This document shows, one piece after another, positions 1 to 13,180 of a stretch of DNA of 64,000 nt; the stretch's first letter is position 1, and each line of letters opens with the position of its first letter. The stretch lies in contig NC_042997.1 of the NCBI RefSeq assembly GCF_006345805.1, positions 54,064,001-54,128,000 on the forward strand. The letters are read 5' to 3'. The position numbers and the translations under genes are program-made. The notes below the pieces were generated by a model. The model was not told the origin of the DNA and ran no database searches. It saw only the letters and a list, made by a program, of their open reading frames with translations. Source of the stretch: Octopus sinensis. Its lineage: Eukaryota.

Positions 1-595
1 AGTTGGAACATTTGTAGGAAATAATTTTATAGTTAACTAAGACTTTAAATTCCTATAACTTTAATTCACTAAAAAATTTAATTTTTTTTTTAATACATAC
101 ATATAAGAAAAAAATTCAGATCTTACGATATTTTGATATGGATGGCAAATTGTGCAAGATATATTAAGAACACATCACTACATTATTTCTTTGACAATGC
201 TGGTGATAGAAATATATAATACTGCTGGATAAATCAATGAAGGTTTTCATAAATGCAATTGGGGCAAAAATAGTAATATTGTTAGAGTTAATGGATGACA
301 GGTGAAGTAGCCAGTCACAACTAATTTGTGTGTGTGTGTCTACACAGTCACATGCACACACACGCAAACAGTTATTAGGCTTCAAAAATCATAAGGTATT
401 CTATAGAAAATAAAAATGCAAAATAAGTCTTAGCACCTGAAGAGTTTATTAAACCATTATAAACTTAAATTTCAAAACACTGCACCTAAAATTCACAAAA
501 TATGATCTTTTTATATATATTCCCTTTTGAAACTTACAACTAACAGCTTATAACCCAATATTAACATTATCATTGCTTTAATACCCACTTTACTA

Positions 596-995
596 TGCTT
601 GCATGAGTCAGAGTCCATTGAGGCAGGTTTTCTATAGCAAATGCCCATTGTCACCAACTGTTACCTTTTTGTAAGCAAGATAATATTTCCCCCATGGCCA
701 GATATATTTTCACAGAAGATTGGAAACAAATGACAATGTTTATATGACATTCATTTACAACTGTTTTGTGGTGTCAAGACAAGGAGACAGAAACACACAT
801 TCCTGTGCATGCACACACCCATACACCCACACATACACATGCACATAATGGGCTTCTTTTAGTTTCCATCTACCAAATCCACCCATAAGGCTTTGTCAGA
901 CCAGCATTATAGCAGAAGACACTTGATCAAGGTGCCATTAAGTAGGACTGAACTCAAAACCATGTGGTTGAAAAGCAAACTTCTCGACCACACAA
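596..995 (-). mobile_element. Composite SINE family D (decayed)
   Basis: gcaagataatatttcccccatggccagatatattttc body + (CA)n + ctaccaaatccacccataaggctttg core + head. Confidence 0.7.
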
Positions 996-3109
996 AAAGA
1001 ACTAGCCTGTTGGTGATGGAAGGAGTCTTTTCTTTATCAAATTGGATGCTTGTTAAAATTGAGAATCTTAGCAATTAATTCATAGTTTAAGTTTTGTCAG
1101 GGAAATGACAAAAATCTAAATACTACAGGTATATTATACTGTTGAATGGGTAGCAATGGAAATAATTGGTATTGTTGGAAAATCAATAAGTTTTCATCAA
1201 TACCATTAAAACAAAGATAACTGAAATGAATCATGAACAACCTGTGAGATATTCTGAATGTCCTAGCAAAAATTTGTCCTTAGTTTTTCTAGTAGCACAG
1301 CCTGTTTGATGATGAGCCATGTCAAATGCAACCCACTTCACAAAAAACAAAAAGGTTGCCCAGACCTCGTTGAAATCATATATCTAGCTAAGTAAACAAG
1401 TACATAGTTCAAAATGCTAATTTATGCAAAAATTTGTGAGAACAGGCTAATCTCAATCCCTAAAAGTAATGAACTAACACTGAAGTAGCCCATAAAAGAA
1501 AAGATGTCACAGATAAGTATATCAACGTTTTATCTGGTCACAGAGACTTGAGCACTCTTTGAGCACTCAAGTGGAAATTACTTTATTTCTTTCTGAAACA
1601 CCTTGACAAGCATTTGAGGAAGCTTCTGCATGGTTGCATGACCTGCTACAAATAACTTCTATATGTGCCTCATATCACACCTCACCTGTCTTTAAAAATA
1701 TATGGAATGGTCACAATTGGAATGCCTTCAAGCAGTTTGTAAAAGTAAGAGGCTTTGTTTTTGTTTTTTTTAAGTGTAGTAGGCCTTTTTTTTGGCCTGA
1801 ACAGCTGCAATGCAGTTACGAGTGAACCACTGAGAGACTAAGAGCTCTATCTCACATCATTCTGTTTTAAATTCATCAATCAAAGTAACTTCAATACACA
1901 CAACAATTCTTGGCTACTGATGCTACTTATGCAGAGACTAAGTCTTTCACAAACTTTTGTACATTAAGTTTCATCCTCAGATACATTCCTAACCAATATA
2001 TACATATCCCAAACACCCTTGATCTCTTCCCAACATCTAAACCTAAATTCTTCCAAATCATCACCACCTCTGCACCTATTGGGTCGACCAACAATTGCCT
2101 TACAACTACACATCATAAATCCACAAAATAAGCTATGACACCCCCATCTTCCCTTGATATGCATTCACCACTGGCTCATCAGAAACATCAGTATGCACAT
2201 GCACACATGCATGCACATACTTGCATATACGTGTTTGTTCAAATTTACATTGTATTAAGCTCAATGATCCAAGCTCTCTACAGTCTGTCTCCTGATGTAA
2301 AATTAGAAAAACAAAATGAAGAAAAAAATCCATCCTAAATAGTTTTTATGCCATATTGAAGGTAGAGAAGCAGAAAATTTATTAATGGCTCAATGAGACA
2401 TTTTAAGTGCCCTCTAAACAGAAGAAAGCTATGTAAGTAATACTTTAAGAAACCTAAATAAATAACAATACATTAAGTAGTAATTCTTTTCCCCAAACCC
2501 TACTGAATTAGAAACAATTTTCTTTCATTCTTTTCACCCTTCTCTTTTTTTTTTTTATAGTAGATGAGTTGACCTCAATACGAACAGAAGGAAACAAATA
2601 AATACAGACTTCTTTATTAAAGTGTAACAAGACATTGAAAAAAAAAGGGGTTATTGGAATCAAGAAATGTGATACAAAGTCCTCTTTAGTTAAATTTGTT
2701 ATTAAACATTCATTTTCATATCTTTTTTTGTACTATGAAATAAGCAATATTATCTCACTTGGACAGCTAAACAAGGGTGGCCAAAAGCAGATCTGCCAGC
2801 AGTATGTAGATTAAGTTCATGACTATCACTTCCTCATGTCCCTAGATAAAATCAGACAAGCAGTGACAGAACAAGTCTAGGATAGAGAGGTGGGGTTGTA
2901 GTTGCCTGTCATTGCCACTCACCATGACTGAGCAAAGCAATTGACACTGATAATAGTACTAAAACATCAGAAATCTTTTGACAGTCTGTTCTGTCTTGGT
3001 TTCTGACTGAATTTTGTATAGCAAAAGAATATATATTTTTAGTGACCTTGAAAAGAGTTAATATTTATTTAGAGTTAAGTAATTGAAAAGGAATTTATAT
3101 ATCACCAGT

Positions 3110-3270
3110 GGTTATAATATAGTCAATCCCAAGTCTATGATGTAGTCCTGATTAAGCTATGATCAAAGGCATTCTAGCCATGACCATTCCATCTTTTTTT
3201 TTTTCTAGACACTGTATATAGTTCTATGTTATTTGATGTGCCCTTTCTATTTTTATGATGGCTTATGTGA
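3110..3270. repeat. Dispersed repeat family F (copies also at about 4540-4680 and 61215-61430, both in the opposite orientation)
   Basis: ctatgatcaaaggcattctagccatgacc versus gtggctggaatgtctttgatcata (4629) and gtcacagctggaatgcctatgattat (61372). Confidence 0.6.
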
Positions 3271-5329
3271 TCTGAATAAGATTTGGCAGCCATATATAGC
3301 AACTCATGCAGATAAGTCCTTGGTGTGGTTAGTGTGCTGTTATGACCCTGAGCACAAGCTCCTAATGAGGCCTCTCAAGCTCTGTCAAAGATAGAAACCA
3401 GACTAATATGGATCACCCCTTGCTAGAAGTAAAAAACTTTTAAAAACTGGGTCTGCACTGGGTCAGCAACCCTATCTAGAACGAAAGAAAAGTTACAGAA
3501 GCATTGATGACAATTCAAAACCAACATGACTTGGGAGAGGAAAAGATAGCCCTAAGTTGAGAACAGTGGAGGAAAGTTGTTGATGGTCTATGGTCTTTAG
3601 GGAGCAAAGGACTGAAATGTGTATTGGCTTACCAAGACTGAGTTCAGAGTATGATGCCTGCAATATCTGTTATACATTAAAAAAAAGACACTAGACTAGT
3701 GAAAACAATTTCAATGATTATGCTCTCTTCCACTACAAATCTAATATAACGATTCAGAGCAAAAACTTCAGATGTCTTGAGTTGATCGATAACTGTTTAA
3801 AAAAAACATCCACTAAGCTATAAAATCAGTGAGTTGTGTGGTGGTTGAATACTGAATTAGAGAGAAATATGTGTAGGTTGCTAAAGTTTAGGTTAGGTCT
3901 TGTTCAAATTTTGAAGGGGCTTACAAGAAAATGATGGGTTTGTAAAGCTGCTTCAGCTGGGTTTTAAAATTGGGATTTTATTCCCTGATTACTCCAACAC
4001 TGATGTCTTCCCTTTGTGAGCTTCACTAACCAACAGGTATGTACTACAATTTCCTTTTCTATAACCTACTCCGAAGCACATGCCTACATAGAGGATACCA
4101 GTCTTCACTCCTCCCTATCCTTACGCAAAAATACATCAATTATGCATAAAACTAATACCAAACTTCCATTACTGCTTTGAAGCTGGACATGCTAAGTCAT
4201 CAGAATCTGTTACCGCCACAATCTCTATCTTTCATAGTAACATCTCCAAAATATTGACAAAACTGCTTTCCAAAAGTTTTACTTCAAAGTCAAGAGCAAT
4301 TTCAGCTCTGAATACTCGCTGACCCTCAACAATATACAAATGTGGTTCATATTAGAACACTTTAGACCCTATCCAAAACTGGCCATCCAACAGATTAGCA
4401 AACCTTCACTGACCGACATGCTACAATCACTTGCCCATCTTATAGTCTACAGCCTTTCTTCTATTATTACTACTACAGTTTGTATTCTTTTGTACTGTTA
4501 AGCTGTACCACACCATCCAAGCCTATTCCAATGTAGTGATAGCCTTCACTTATCACACCCTAAAAAGAAAACAAAGGACATATTAGGGAATGTAATCCTA
4601 GATACACTATGCCTGAAAAAAGAATTATCGTGGCTGGAATGTCTTTGATCATAAATCGTAGCAGGACTAAGCAACATGTTTGCTTCTCATTATTGTCACA
4701 GTATCTCACTTCCCAAATCCCAGACGAAACACTTCACTCCACCATTCCTCCCTAGGATTGCAACCCTCTGGAGCTAATTTCTTTGCAGATACTTACATAC
4801 AAGTTTAAACTAAATATGAACCACATTGATCTGAATTATCAGAGAAAGCTTGCAAAAGTTTAAAATTACATCTTAAGATGTAATTAATACTGCTGTCTTT
4901 TCCCAATGAAGAATGTAATACTTAACACAGACTAGAGATTAATGATATCTGAATAAGAGCTACAGGAACCCAGAGACATGAGACAATCTGAAGAAAAGTG
5001 GCATGGAAACTGGAAGACAAGGGGTACAAGATAGCATATTGCAAAAAGGAAGAGGATTTAGGAACCTACAATACAGAAAACAACTAGAAGTGTCTACAAA
5101 AGAACCTATTGCAAGCCACGGGTTAGATCTGTGTAAGGAACAAAATTACAGACAGACAGAGGGTAACAAAGTAGTGGAATGATACAATAGGCAGAAAAAT
5201 AAAAACTAAGGTAAAGAATTAGAAAGAATAGAAAGGGAGAGTAAGGAATAATATCATATAACTAGAGCAGAACGATATCAGGTAGCCAGGTGTCAGACAT
5301 AATTATAAGAGAGAAGAGAAAAGTCAGAG

Positions 5330-6490
5330 GTTTACAAATGTTCTATGATGTAAGAATCAAAAGTGTGAGCTATTCTGAATTTCAGAGCAATCTGTCAGTA
5401 TGAATCAGGATGTTGTAGGTGAAAAGCATGTGCATAATGAGTGGTACCATGGAATGTTAAAAAGAAGGCACAGAAATGCTACTATGAGAGGTTGCAGAAT
5501 GAGGATAGTTCATGGGAAAACACTGCCCCAATGACCTGGAGAAGGGCTTTGACAGAGTACTATGTTCTTTTGTCAAGTAGTTGCTAAACGAGACAAAGTA
5601 TAGATGACATAAAGAGTTATGCTCAAGTTCAGTGGAGAATTTAGTTTGCAGGTAGATGTCTGTTAAAACTCAGTTCTCAGCACCCTCCTGGTTTTATAGT
5701 TTTCCAGCCATGACAGAGGAATTTAAAACTAGCTGCCTATGGAACATCTGTATGTCGATGACTTAGTTCTCAAGGCTGAATTTGTTGAAGAATTACAAAA
5801 GTAATTCCAAACATGAAAGTAAAGCCTAAAATTGAAAGGTCTCAAAATAGACCTGCAAAGACAAAAATTAATTTATCAAGAAAGAAAACAGGGGTCTACT
5901 GCCAACTGGGATGCTCAATATGCAGGAAAAGAGTAGCTAGGAATTCTATAGTGTACTGAATGTAAACTATGGATGCACAAGAAGTGTAATGGAATTATAA
6001 AGGGGCTGACAGAAGACCTCAAATTTAGCAGATTGTTCAAGAGTCAATAATAGTAAAACAGTAAGAAAACATGAAATAAATAGTTTCAAAATGCTCAGAG
6101 GGCTACCAAAAAGAAGTTGATAGCTTCTGTTAAACAGGGGCCCTTACTAATAAAAGAGAAGAATGTTCCAAAATAAAAATGGTGAGGAAATTTTTGCTAG
6201 CAAAAAAGGGAATTCTTCCTCCAAATGAAAGGCAGATTGTGTGATTGTAAGAAATGTGATACTGCATGACTGTGAAATGAGGACAATGAATGTGGAGGAT
6301 GTATGAGAGCTGGAAAGAAATGAGGCAAGCATGCTCCATTGGATTAATGCTACTATGCTTGAAAGACAGAGTACAAATAAGCTGGGAGGAAAACTCAGTA
6401 TGACCATGTGATGGGTATGAAGGATACTGGATAAAAGATTTGCTAAGTAATTCAACTAGATGGAACCTGCAGAAGAGGTTCCTTCCATTT
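5330..6490 (+). mobile_element. Old RTE LINE RT fragment
   Basis: DLEKGFDRV at about 5535, LYVDDL at about 5750, CSICRK...CKLWMHKKC at about 5925-5990. Confidence 0.75.
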
Positions 6491-7296
6491 GAAATGCTAG
6501 GTAAAATATGACAAGCGATGAATATTGATTAGAAAAAAAACATACTATTTCCATTCTTAAAATTAATAAATGTAAATAAAATCTTTCAGAACTTTACTCT
6601 TTATAACATAAAACCATGTTCCTTTTTAGTTAAGCTAATACATCCTTTTAGAAGTTTAAACTAGTTTTATACTAGTAAAATCAATTTTCAAAATTAGTTT
6701 GCATTTAAAATAATCATTTCTTTTAATAAAACCTTATCTCATTTCTATTAATCCAAATATACTTTCTGATATTTTGTACCTTACTACAAAACAATATAAA
6801 AATAATACTGTTTCATGTATGGCACCATTGTTAAAAAAAAAAAAAACAGCTTTAATAAGAACTTAAATGGAGTAACAAAGAAATGGAAGATGAAGCAGAG
6901 AGAGAAAAAAGTTTCACAATGAAACTGATGGAGTGCTAATTCTGGTTATTCATGAATATAATTTTTTTTCTTGGCTACAATCTCATGTTTGATGACTGAA
7001 GTAGTTAAACCATCACAAATACAGATGGAATATATGAGATGGACTGGTACTTAGAAACTGGAAGATAACTATTAGATGGAACGCTTTGATGACAAGAGTA
7101 TGCAGACTTCTAGATAATAATCTTTGGTCAATTTATATATTTGGATTTCCTTGGAACATGTCAAAGAATACAACTCCATTAATTAGAAGGAAACTTTTGT
7201 CAAAAGAATAAAATAGCAACTCCACTAGTGTATTGAGTTACATCATGTGGCACAGCACCACGGTAGTACAAGATTACATTGTACAGGTTCACTAAG

Positions 7297-7328
<32 letters not shown>

Positions 7329-7638
7329 GCACTTACACACTTTATTTGTCGGGTAACAAAGCAATCAATGGTTTCATGTGAAGAGGTCTTCACAATTGTG
7401 CAAGCACACTACATAGAAGTGTTGACACTCGTCTCCATTTTGTATGTGTGTATGTATCATCATTTGATGTCTGCCTTTCATGCTGGCATGGGTTGGTCAG
7501 TTTGACAAGAGATGGCTAGGCAGAAGACTGCACCAAGCTTCAGTATCTGTTGTGGCATGGTTTTTATGGCTGGATGCCCTTCCTAACATCAATCACCCCA
7601 TAGGGTGAACTGAGTACTTTTTACATGGCACCAGCATG

Positions 7639-7671
<33 letters not shown>

Positions 7672-9313
7672 ACACACACACACACACATACAAATCAATC
7701 CCTTAACTACCTCTTTCCTATCAAGCGGGCTTCAACAATGCTCATACAATCCCTTAGCCAATATAATCTGTATAATTTACAATTAACAAAAGCATTATTT
7801 GAACTTAGGTTAGAGTGGAACTAAATAACACTGATGATGTGATCATTATAGCTGCAAACCTTGAAAAATTATTATAATTGTTAGAAATATTGCAGATCAA
7901 TGAAAGGATCTGGATTTGTATCTTTGAGCAGAAAGGTACAATTTACATTATGCAAAACCAAATACATTGACTAAAGAACTAACAAGCACAGATGAGTCTC
8001 AAATATTGATACATTTTAACAAATACACATGTAAATATCACATTGAGAATACTTTTAGGAATTGTAGGACAATCCAGCATTTTTTAAAGTTACGCACAAA
8101 TGTTTTCAAAGTCCATATAATACCTAATTAACAAAATATGTCAAATGGAACTGGTTAATTAAATGTTTAGAAAATACTGTTTAACAAATCAAATAATTTG
8201 TATTTGATGTGTTGCTCAATCACAATAATTTCCAACCATGGAATCATTGTTACTACAGATATTCCAGATTACAGCATTGGTACTAATGTGACATACCAGT
8301 TTGAATTCAGAACCAATTCAGCCTAAACACACAATTCCATTGCGACAGCAGCAGCAAAGGAATGCTGACTGCTTTGAAATAATCATATAAGGTTTGCATT
8401 TCAATGATAGATATCTTTAAACTCCACTTATTCTGGACTAAGTAGAAGAAAGATATTATAACAAAGTGTTATATACAATCTCTCCATACCAGAATTGCCT
8501 AACTATAACCTGAACCAGCCCTACAATAGTAATACCATACCAAAGTTGATGATCTGCTTCCTACCAAGTAGACTATCATCAACAATTTACTAACACAACT
8601 ATCAGGTGAACTGTTATATCTATAAATGCTAATCCAATCCCTAAAACAGTACAATATTATTTCTACTTAGGACAAAGTAGAACATTCATCTCAGTTTTAA
8701 GTAAACTAATTGGGGATACATTAAATCTTGTCTTTAAAGAGGATGACCAATTTTCTTCATGTAGTTTTAGCTAAGGTGTGACTGTAATGTTTCCAAACAA
8801 GTTCATCTAGGAACTTTGTAAATGAACAACTTGTGAAGAAAGCATACTAGATTCAAACAGAGTGAGCAAAATTTCTGAATTGTGGTATATGGAGGCATAA
8901 TCTGTTGGAATAGAGTTACAAATGATTTTATATCTTACTTTTCTCAAATTTGTTTAAAATAAATATAGTACCTAACACCTGGCTTAAACTATACAAGCAT
9001 GAAGATAAAATAGATGAAATTTCATATATTTGAGGCCCATATATTAATGATATTGATTTCTTACATTCAAAAATTCCAGTTTATGAAATACAAGAAACAA
9101 GAATGTGTGAAGTTCATACATTTTCTCAAAAGTGTCAGCAACAAAAAGAAAACAAAATGGCTACTATCATGAATCAAAACTGGGTTAGAATTAGTTTTCT
9201 TGGAATTTATCTGTAATCTACAGTACTTGCCAAAAACAAGCATCTGTAATCTACAGTGCTATCCCAGATGTTAATGATATTGGAAATAATGCTGATAAGT
9301 AAAAGATACTTAC

Positions 9314-10170
9314 TTTTGTTGTGGAATGGTAGGTATGGACACTACAGGTAGAGCATTTCTTTTCTCAGCTAAAATCTTCCGAGCTTTTCTCATTTTAATA
9401 CGCGATTTAGCTTTCGCATGCTTGGCAGTAGGTGATTTTTCATCGTTTTCATCACTTAACATAGGTGTACATTCCGAGTCGGCAGGTGTATGCACGTCAC
9501 AATAAGATGTCTTGCGCACCCCAAGCGCAGCAGTGTTTACTACATCACGTACAGGTTCAATTTTCATATATAAGCCTGCTTGTTGGGCACAAGTCACATG
9601 GAAGGCAGTATAACAATTGGTTTTATGACACTGAATGCATGCCCCTGTTCCGCGCTGTCGGCAAATGTAACAAGTAAGTTTCCATCTGGCAGGTGGAATA
9701 TGGTCTATACTATCTATAGGTTCTAAGAATACAGTATTAGCAAATCCAACTTCAGGTATCCAGAGAGCACATACAACATGAGCCCACCTACCATCATCAG
9801 TTTGTTTAAAAGCACCACCCTTGTTTGGACAGAGACAGCAATCTACTGCTCTAGAAGGTGATTGAAGACAACGCCTGCAGAGCCACTGGCCCTCAGGAAT
9901 ATACGGTACACCATAACATTCCTGGTGAACAGCAAGGTTACACATATCACAAAACAAAATGTAATTACTGTTCTGGCACTCCCCATCCATACAAATTGAA
10001 CAGACTGCGTCTTCATCAATAGACGGATTGTTATCCTTCCCAGAACTCTGACTCTGAAAGAAAGCTTCTTTCTCAAATCGATCCATCAAAATTTCAAATA
10101 CTTCTTGAGTAATTATCTGAAGACTATCATTCCGTCTTTTCTCGTTAATAATTTCTAGCCAAGCATGATC
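9314..10170 (-). CDS. BRPF1: BRPF1 coding exon encoding the EPc-N end and the PZP module (PHD1-Zn knuckle-PHD2); 857 nt, phase 0 to phase 2
   Basis: Acceptor ttttag|GAT at 10171-10172 joins in frame: YDMDEE|[12 protein letters not shown]...LMDRFEKE. Then [96 protein letters not shown]. Donor AA|GTAAGT at 9313. Downstream exons (bromodomain, PWWP) were not found in 1-9313. Confidence 0.96.
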
Positions 10171-10775
10171 CTAAAATGTCAAAAGAAAAAAAAAAATTCA
10201 GAAAATGGATGCTAATATAAAACAACTTCATTTCATTACAAGTTTAAAAGAAACAAACAATAAAAACAATAAAAATAATATTTCGAAATGAAACTTACAT
10301 CCAGAATAAACAATGAAGAGAGTATAAATGAAGCAGTTAGGGTCATACTCTGATTCCACTAGTGATAGTTTAAGGTTCAACAACCAGATTCTTTTGTTGC
10401 AATTGATGGCTAAAACAGTTTTTAACTTTCAAGTTACTACAAACATCACTTGCAAGCAAGTATAGCTTCGTAGCATGTACTATGCCTTTGCTAATTGTTG
10501 TAGATGCAAGCAAACACAGACATCCTCTCAGCTTTCCAACTCATGATGCAGTGATACACCAGATTATAACTGCTAAATGGAGAGAGAGCTGCGTTAGCAC
10601 TAACCCGGTACTTTTTATTGGTCCTGAAGGACAAAAAATAATGTGGGTCTCAGTGGAATGTAAACTTAGAGCACAGAGAGATGGAACAAATATTGCAACA
10701 TATTCCATCTGACACCCTAATGACTCTGCCAACAGACCAACTTAAACTTTCAACCAAAACAAATAAAAAAAAATT

Positions 10776-10981
10776 TTTTATATCCTTCTATTGGATATAT
10801 AATATAACAAAGCAGGGTGGGGGGAAGAAAGTATTTACATGATACACTACTATTACTATTACACAAGACTCACAACAAACTGCTTACCAACTCGAACTGC
10901 TGACGACTTGACAGATGTCTATTTAATAGAAACGTCTCAGTCCCCTTTAAGTCATATGGGGATGGTCAGAATCCTTCCACA
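10776..10981 (-). repeat. Gypsy 3' LTR
   Basis: Direct homology to 18681-19140; immediately follows the PPT on the minus strand. Confidence 0.85.
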
Positions 10982-13180
10982 TCTCCCCTTTTTAGAATCA
11001 GTCTCCCCTATCTTCTCCTCTTTTGAGAATTGAACTCCGCTCAGAATTTTAATAATTCTTACACTTAGGGTTCAATTATAGTGTTTCTGTTCTTTTCCAT
11101 TTTCTGGTACTAGAACATATAGTTACAAATTGTTTGGATGTTGGTACCTCAAACATGTTGTACAATACTTCCATGGGGATTTCACTTCTCATGACTGTTT
11201 TTTCCGTGAATCTTTTGTTAAACTGGTTAACGTGTCCTTAATGTTCAACATTTTTTTCCTTTTACCAAGAATAGCATTCTTCCAATTTGTTTAATAATTA
11301 CACCATCCGCCCAGCTTTCTTTACCATATCTATAGGTTTAAAAAAACTTTGTCACTTAACTTGAAAAATTTTGAAGTATTTTTGTTGTTCACATTTTTAA
11401 AAATTTCGCTCAGTATTAGCTTGTTAAAGATGGATCTGACTTTTCTAGCAAATACAGTGTATTAGGATCAGGTTTTACTTGGTACACTCTAAGAAATTAT
11501 TGAGGTGCAATATCGTCCATAACTTCATGGTTCGCTTTTATCAATGCCCTCTTGAAAATGTCAACAAAATGCTCTGCTTATCCATTTGACCTATGATGAT
11601 ACAGCAGAGTGGTCACATGTTCAATAACGAACATTTTACAAAATTTTCTGAACTCGTCAAACATAAATTGAGTTTCATTATCAAACACAGTAGTATCCAG
11701 AATACCATACCTGATGAGCAATTTGTGTAAAAAAACTTATTGCAACTACAGATGTTGGCTTTTTAAATTTATGTACTTCCAGCCACTTTGAAAAACTGTC
11801 TACTACAACAAGGTAATATGAACTCTTAAGTGGACTTGCATAAGCAACATGCAATATGGCCCATGGAACATGTGTTTTTGGACATGGTTGCCATTTAGTC
11901 ATAGGCACTTTTGCAGCTAAGGCACACCCTCTGCATGCTTTCACTGATTCTTCAATGTCACAGGCCATTGTTGGCCAATATACATAACTTCTCATTAACG
12001 ATTTCATTCTCGAAATTCTTGAGTGACCAATTTGAAATTTCTTTAGTAATAGCTTCTGTAGTGTGACTGGCACTACAACTCTTTGTGCAATTATCAACCC
12101 ATTGTTACTCAGTGAGAAATGGTTCGCACTTATGTTGCACATATTTTTATCTCTTTTAGCCTTCAGTATTTTTTTTTTCATTTTTATAATGAAATTATCA
12201 TTTTCCATTTTAATTTTGTCATGTAAAGTAACCTACAGTTCACGAATGACGATACACAAAACATTTTCAATTTCATTTTTCACTCGCAAAGCAGCAATCA
12301 TGATATCTTGAAATGGTTCTGCATTTTTTTGAAATCAGTTTTGATAGACAATCCACACAACCTAAATTCTTGGATGGTATATACTCCATTGTGAAATCAT
12401 AGCTTAATAATATCATATCCCAGCATTGCAACCTATTAGAAGTATGGGTAGGAATTCCTTTCTTTAACCCAAATATTGTTAATAATGAACAATCTGTCTG
12501 TAGATGAAAACTTTTACCATGCAAAAATTTGTGAAATTTCTTCACGGCAAAAATAATCGCGAGAGATTTTTTCGATTTGACTGTAATTTCTCTCTGTTGA
12601 TATCAGAATATGAAGCATGAATCACCGCCTTTATATTTAGGTAGCATCACAGTTCCTATACTGTATTCAGAGGCATCTGAAGCTATAAAAATCTCCACTG
12701 CAAGATCGAAGTGTGCTAATGACAAATCAGATGTTAGTATTTTTTTTATTTCATCAAACGCCTTTTGGCAATTTTCTGACCAACTCCATTTCATATCCTT
12801 TTCAGCAGATTATTCAGAGGAACTCTCACTTTACGCATATGTGGAATATAATTTTGGTAACATTTTGCCAATCCTAAAAATGCTTGTATAGTCATTATAT
12901 TTGTCGGAGGAGGCATATTTTTAATCCTTTTGATGCTAACCCAACCATAGCCAGGTGAAAATTTTTTTCCGTAAAATGACCAACCCAGCCCCGAGAACCC
13001 ATTGTTATTTAAATGTGAATTTCAGCACAAATCTCATTAGTACATTTGTGAAAACACAATTTCACTTTGTAAATAATCGAGTTATAACAAATGACATTGT
13101 TTGACATGGTATCTGAACTCTGTGAATTTTGGGAGATCTTTTTCCACATTTTTTCTTCAGCGATTTTTTTAACTTTTAAA

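Noticed and set aside
2232-2330. Exon-like segment on the minus strand (strong pyrimidine tract + cag|gagacag...) as the next BRPF1 exon
   Set aside because: In the required phase 2 it reads K-RQTVESLDH*, hitting a stop, with no resemblance to the expected YWTLKRQSRNGVPLLRRL region.
8300-8410. cgcaatggaatt (RNGI-like) on the minus strand as the BRPF1 SRNGVP exon
   Set aside because: Flanking codons do not match and a stop follows within a few codons.
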